DNA of 63,041 bases, filler included, from Polymyxa betae A26-41 (lineage: Eukaryota; Protista; Endomyxa: Phytomyxea), in the NCBI GenBank assembly GCA_003693705.1. It is 4 parts of 4 records of this genome, joined end to end, with 100 filler letters (N's around TTAATTAATTAA, not from the genome) between each part and the next. Parts side by side here need not be neighbours in the genome. Positions count along the whole stretch, not along the records: positions 59,241 to 63,041 come from RBZT01000039.1; 3 more parts are not named here. The stretch is one strand, 5' to 3'. The translations under genes and the position numbers were made by a program. The notes under the pieces were generated by a model. The model had not been told where the DNA came from. It saw only the letters and a list, made by a program, of their open reading frames with translations, and did not search any database. Positions 63,010-63,041 of the stretch are shown here, in pieces. Every line of letters starts with the position of its first letter. Position 1 is the stretch's first letter.

Positions 63010-63041
63010 TCAATGACCGTACCAGCAGATCATTGCAGACG

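Overview
Intron-rich eukaryotic (protist-like) nuclear DNA. It is not one locus: four contigs are joined by artificial N-TTAATTAATTAA-N spacers (24609-24708, 51749-51848, 59141-59240), and there is one real gap (7826-8008). Short GT-AG introns and TTTTAGGG/TTTAGGG-like motifs would fit a phytomyxid (plasmodiophorid) or similar protist, but that is inference. Contig 1 holds a CLPTM1 gene, a small myristoylation-motif repeat protein, a large signal-peptide protein, four tRNA genes (Ala-AGC, Ser-GCT, two intron-containing Lys-CTT) and transposon debris. Contig 2 holds a copia 3' end, an ISL2EU/Harbinger-like relic and a compact AT-rich housekeeping block (PFKFB, PPG1-like phosphatase, dynein light intermediate chain, TMEM70-like, ERCC6/CSB, SMC6, PPCDC). 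It continues with a TPR gene and a nest of LINE, PIF/Harbinger, MITE and LTR elements. Contig 3 encodes a signal peptide + PA-like domain + 7TM receptor-like protein with a truncated duplicate, and a PhyH-like dioxygenase. Contig 4 is copia and chromovirus debris. I found no CRISPR, rRNA or clear multi-gene novel system. The best novelty candidates are the PA-7TM receptor, the fully palindromic telobox-bearing MITE, the triple-repeat myristoylated mini-protein, the large secreted protein and the telomere-like motifs inside introns. Gene models were spliced by eye and family calls come from remembered motifs, not database searches.
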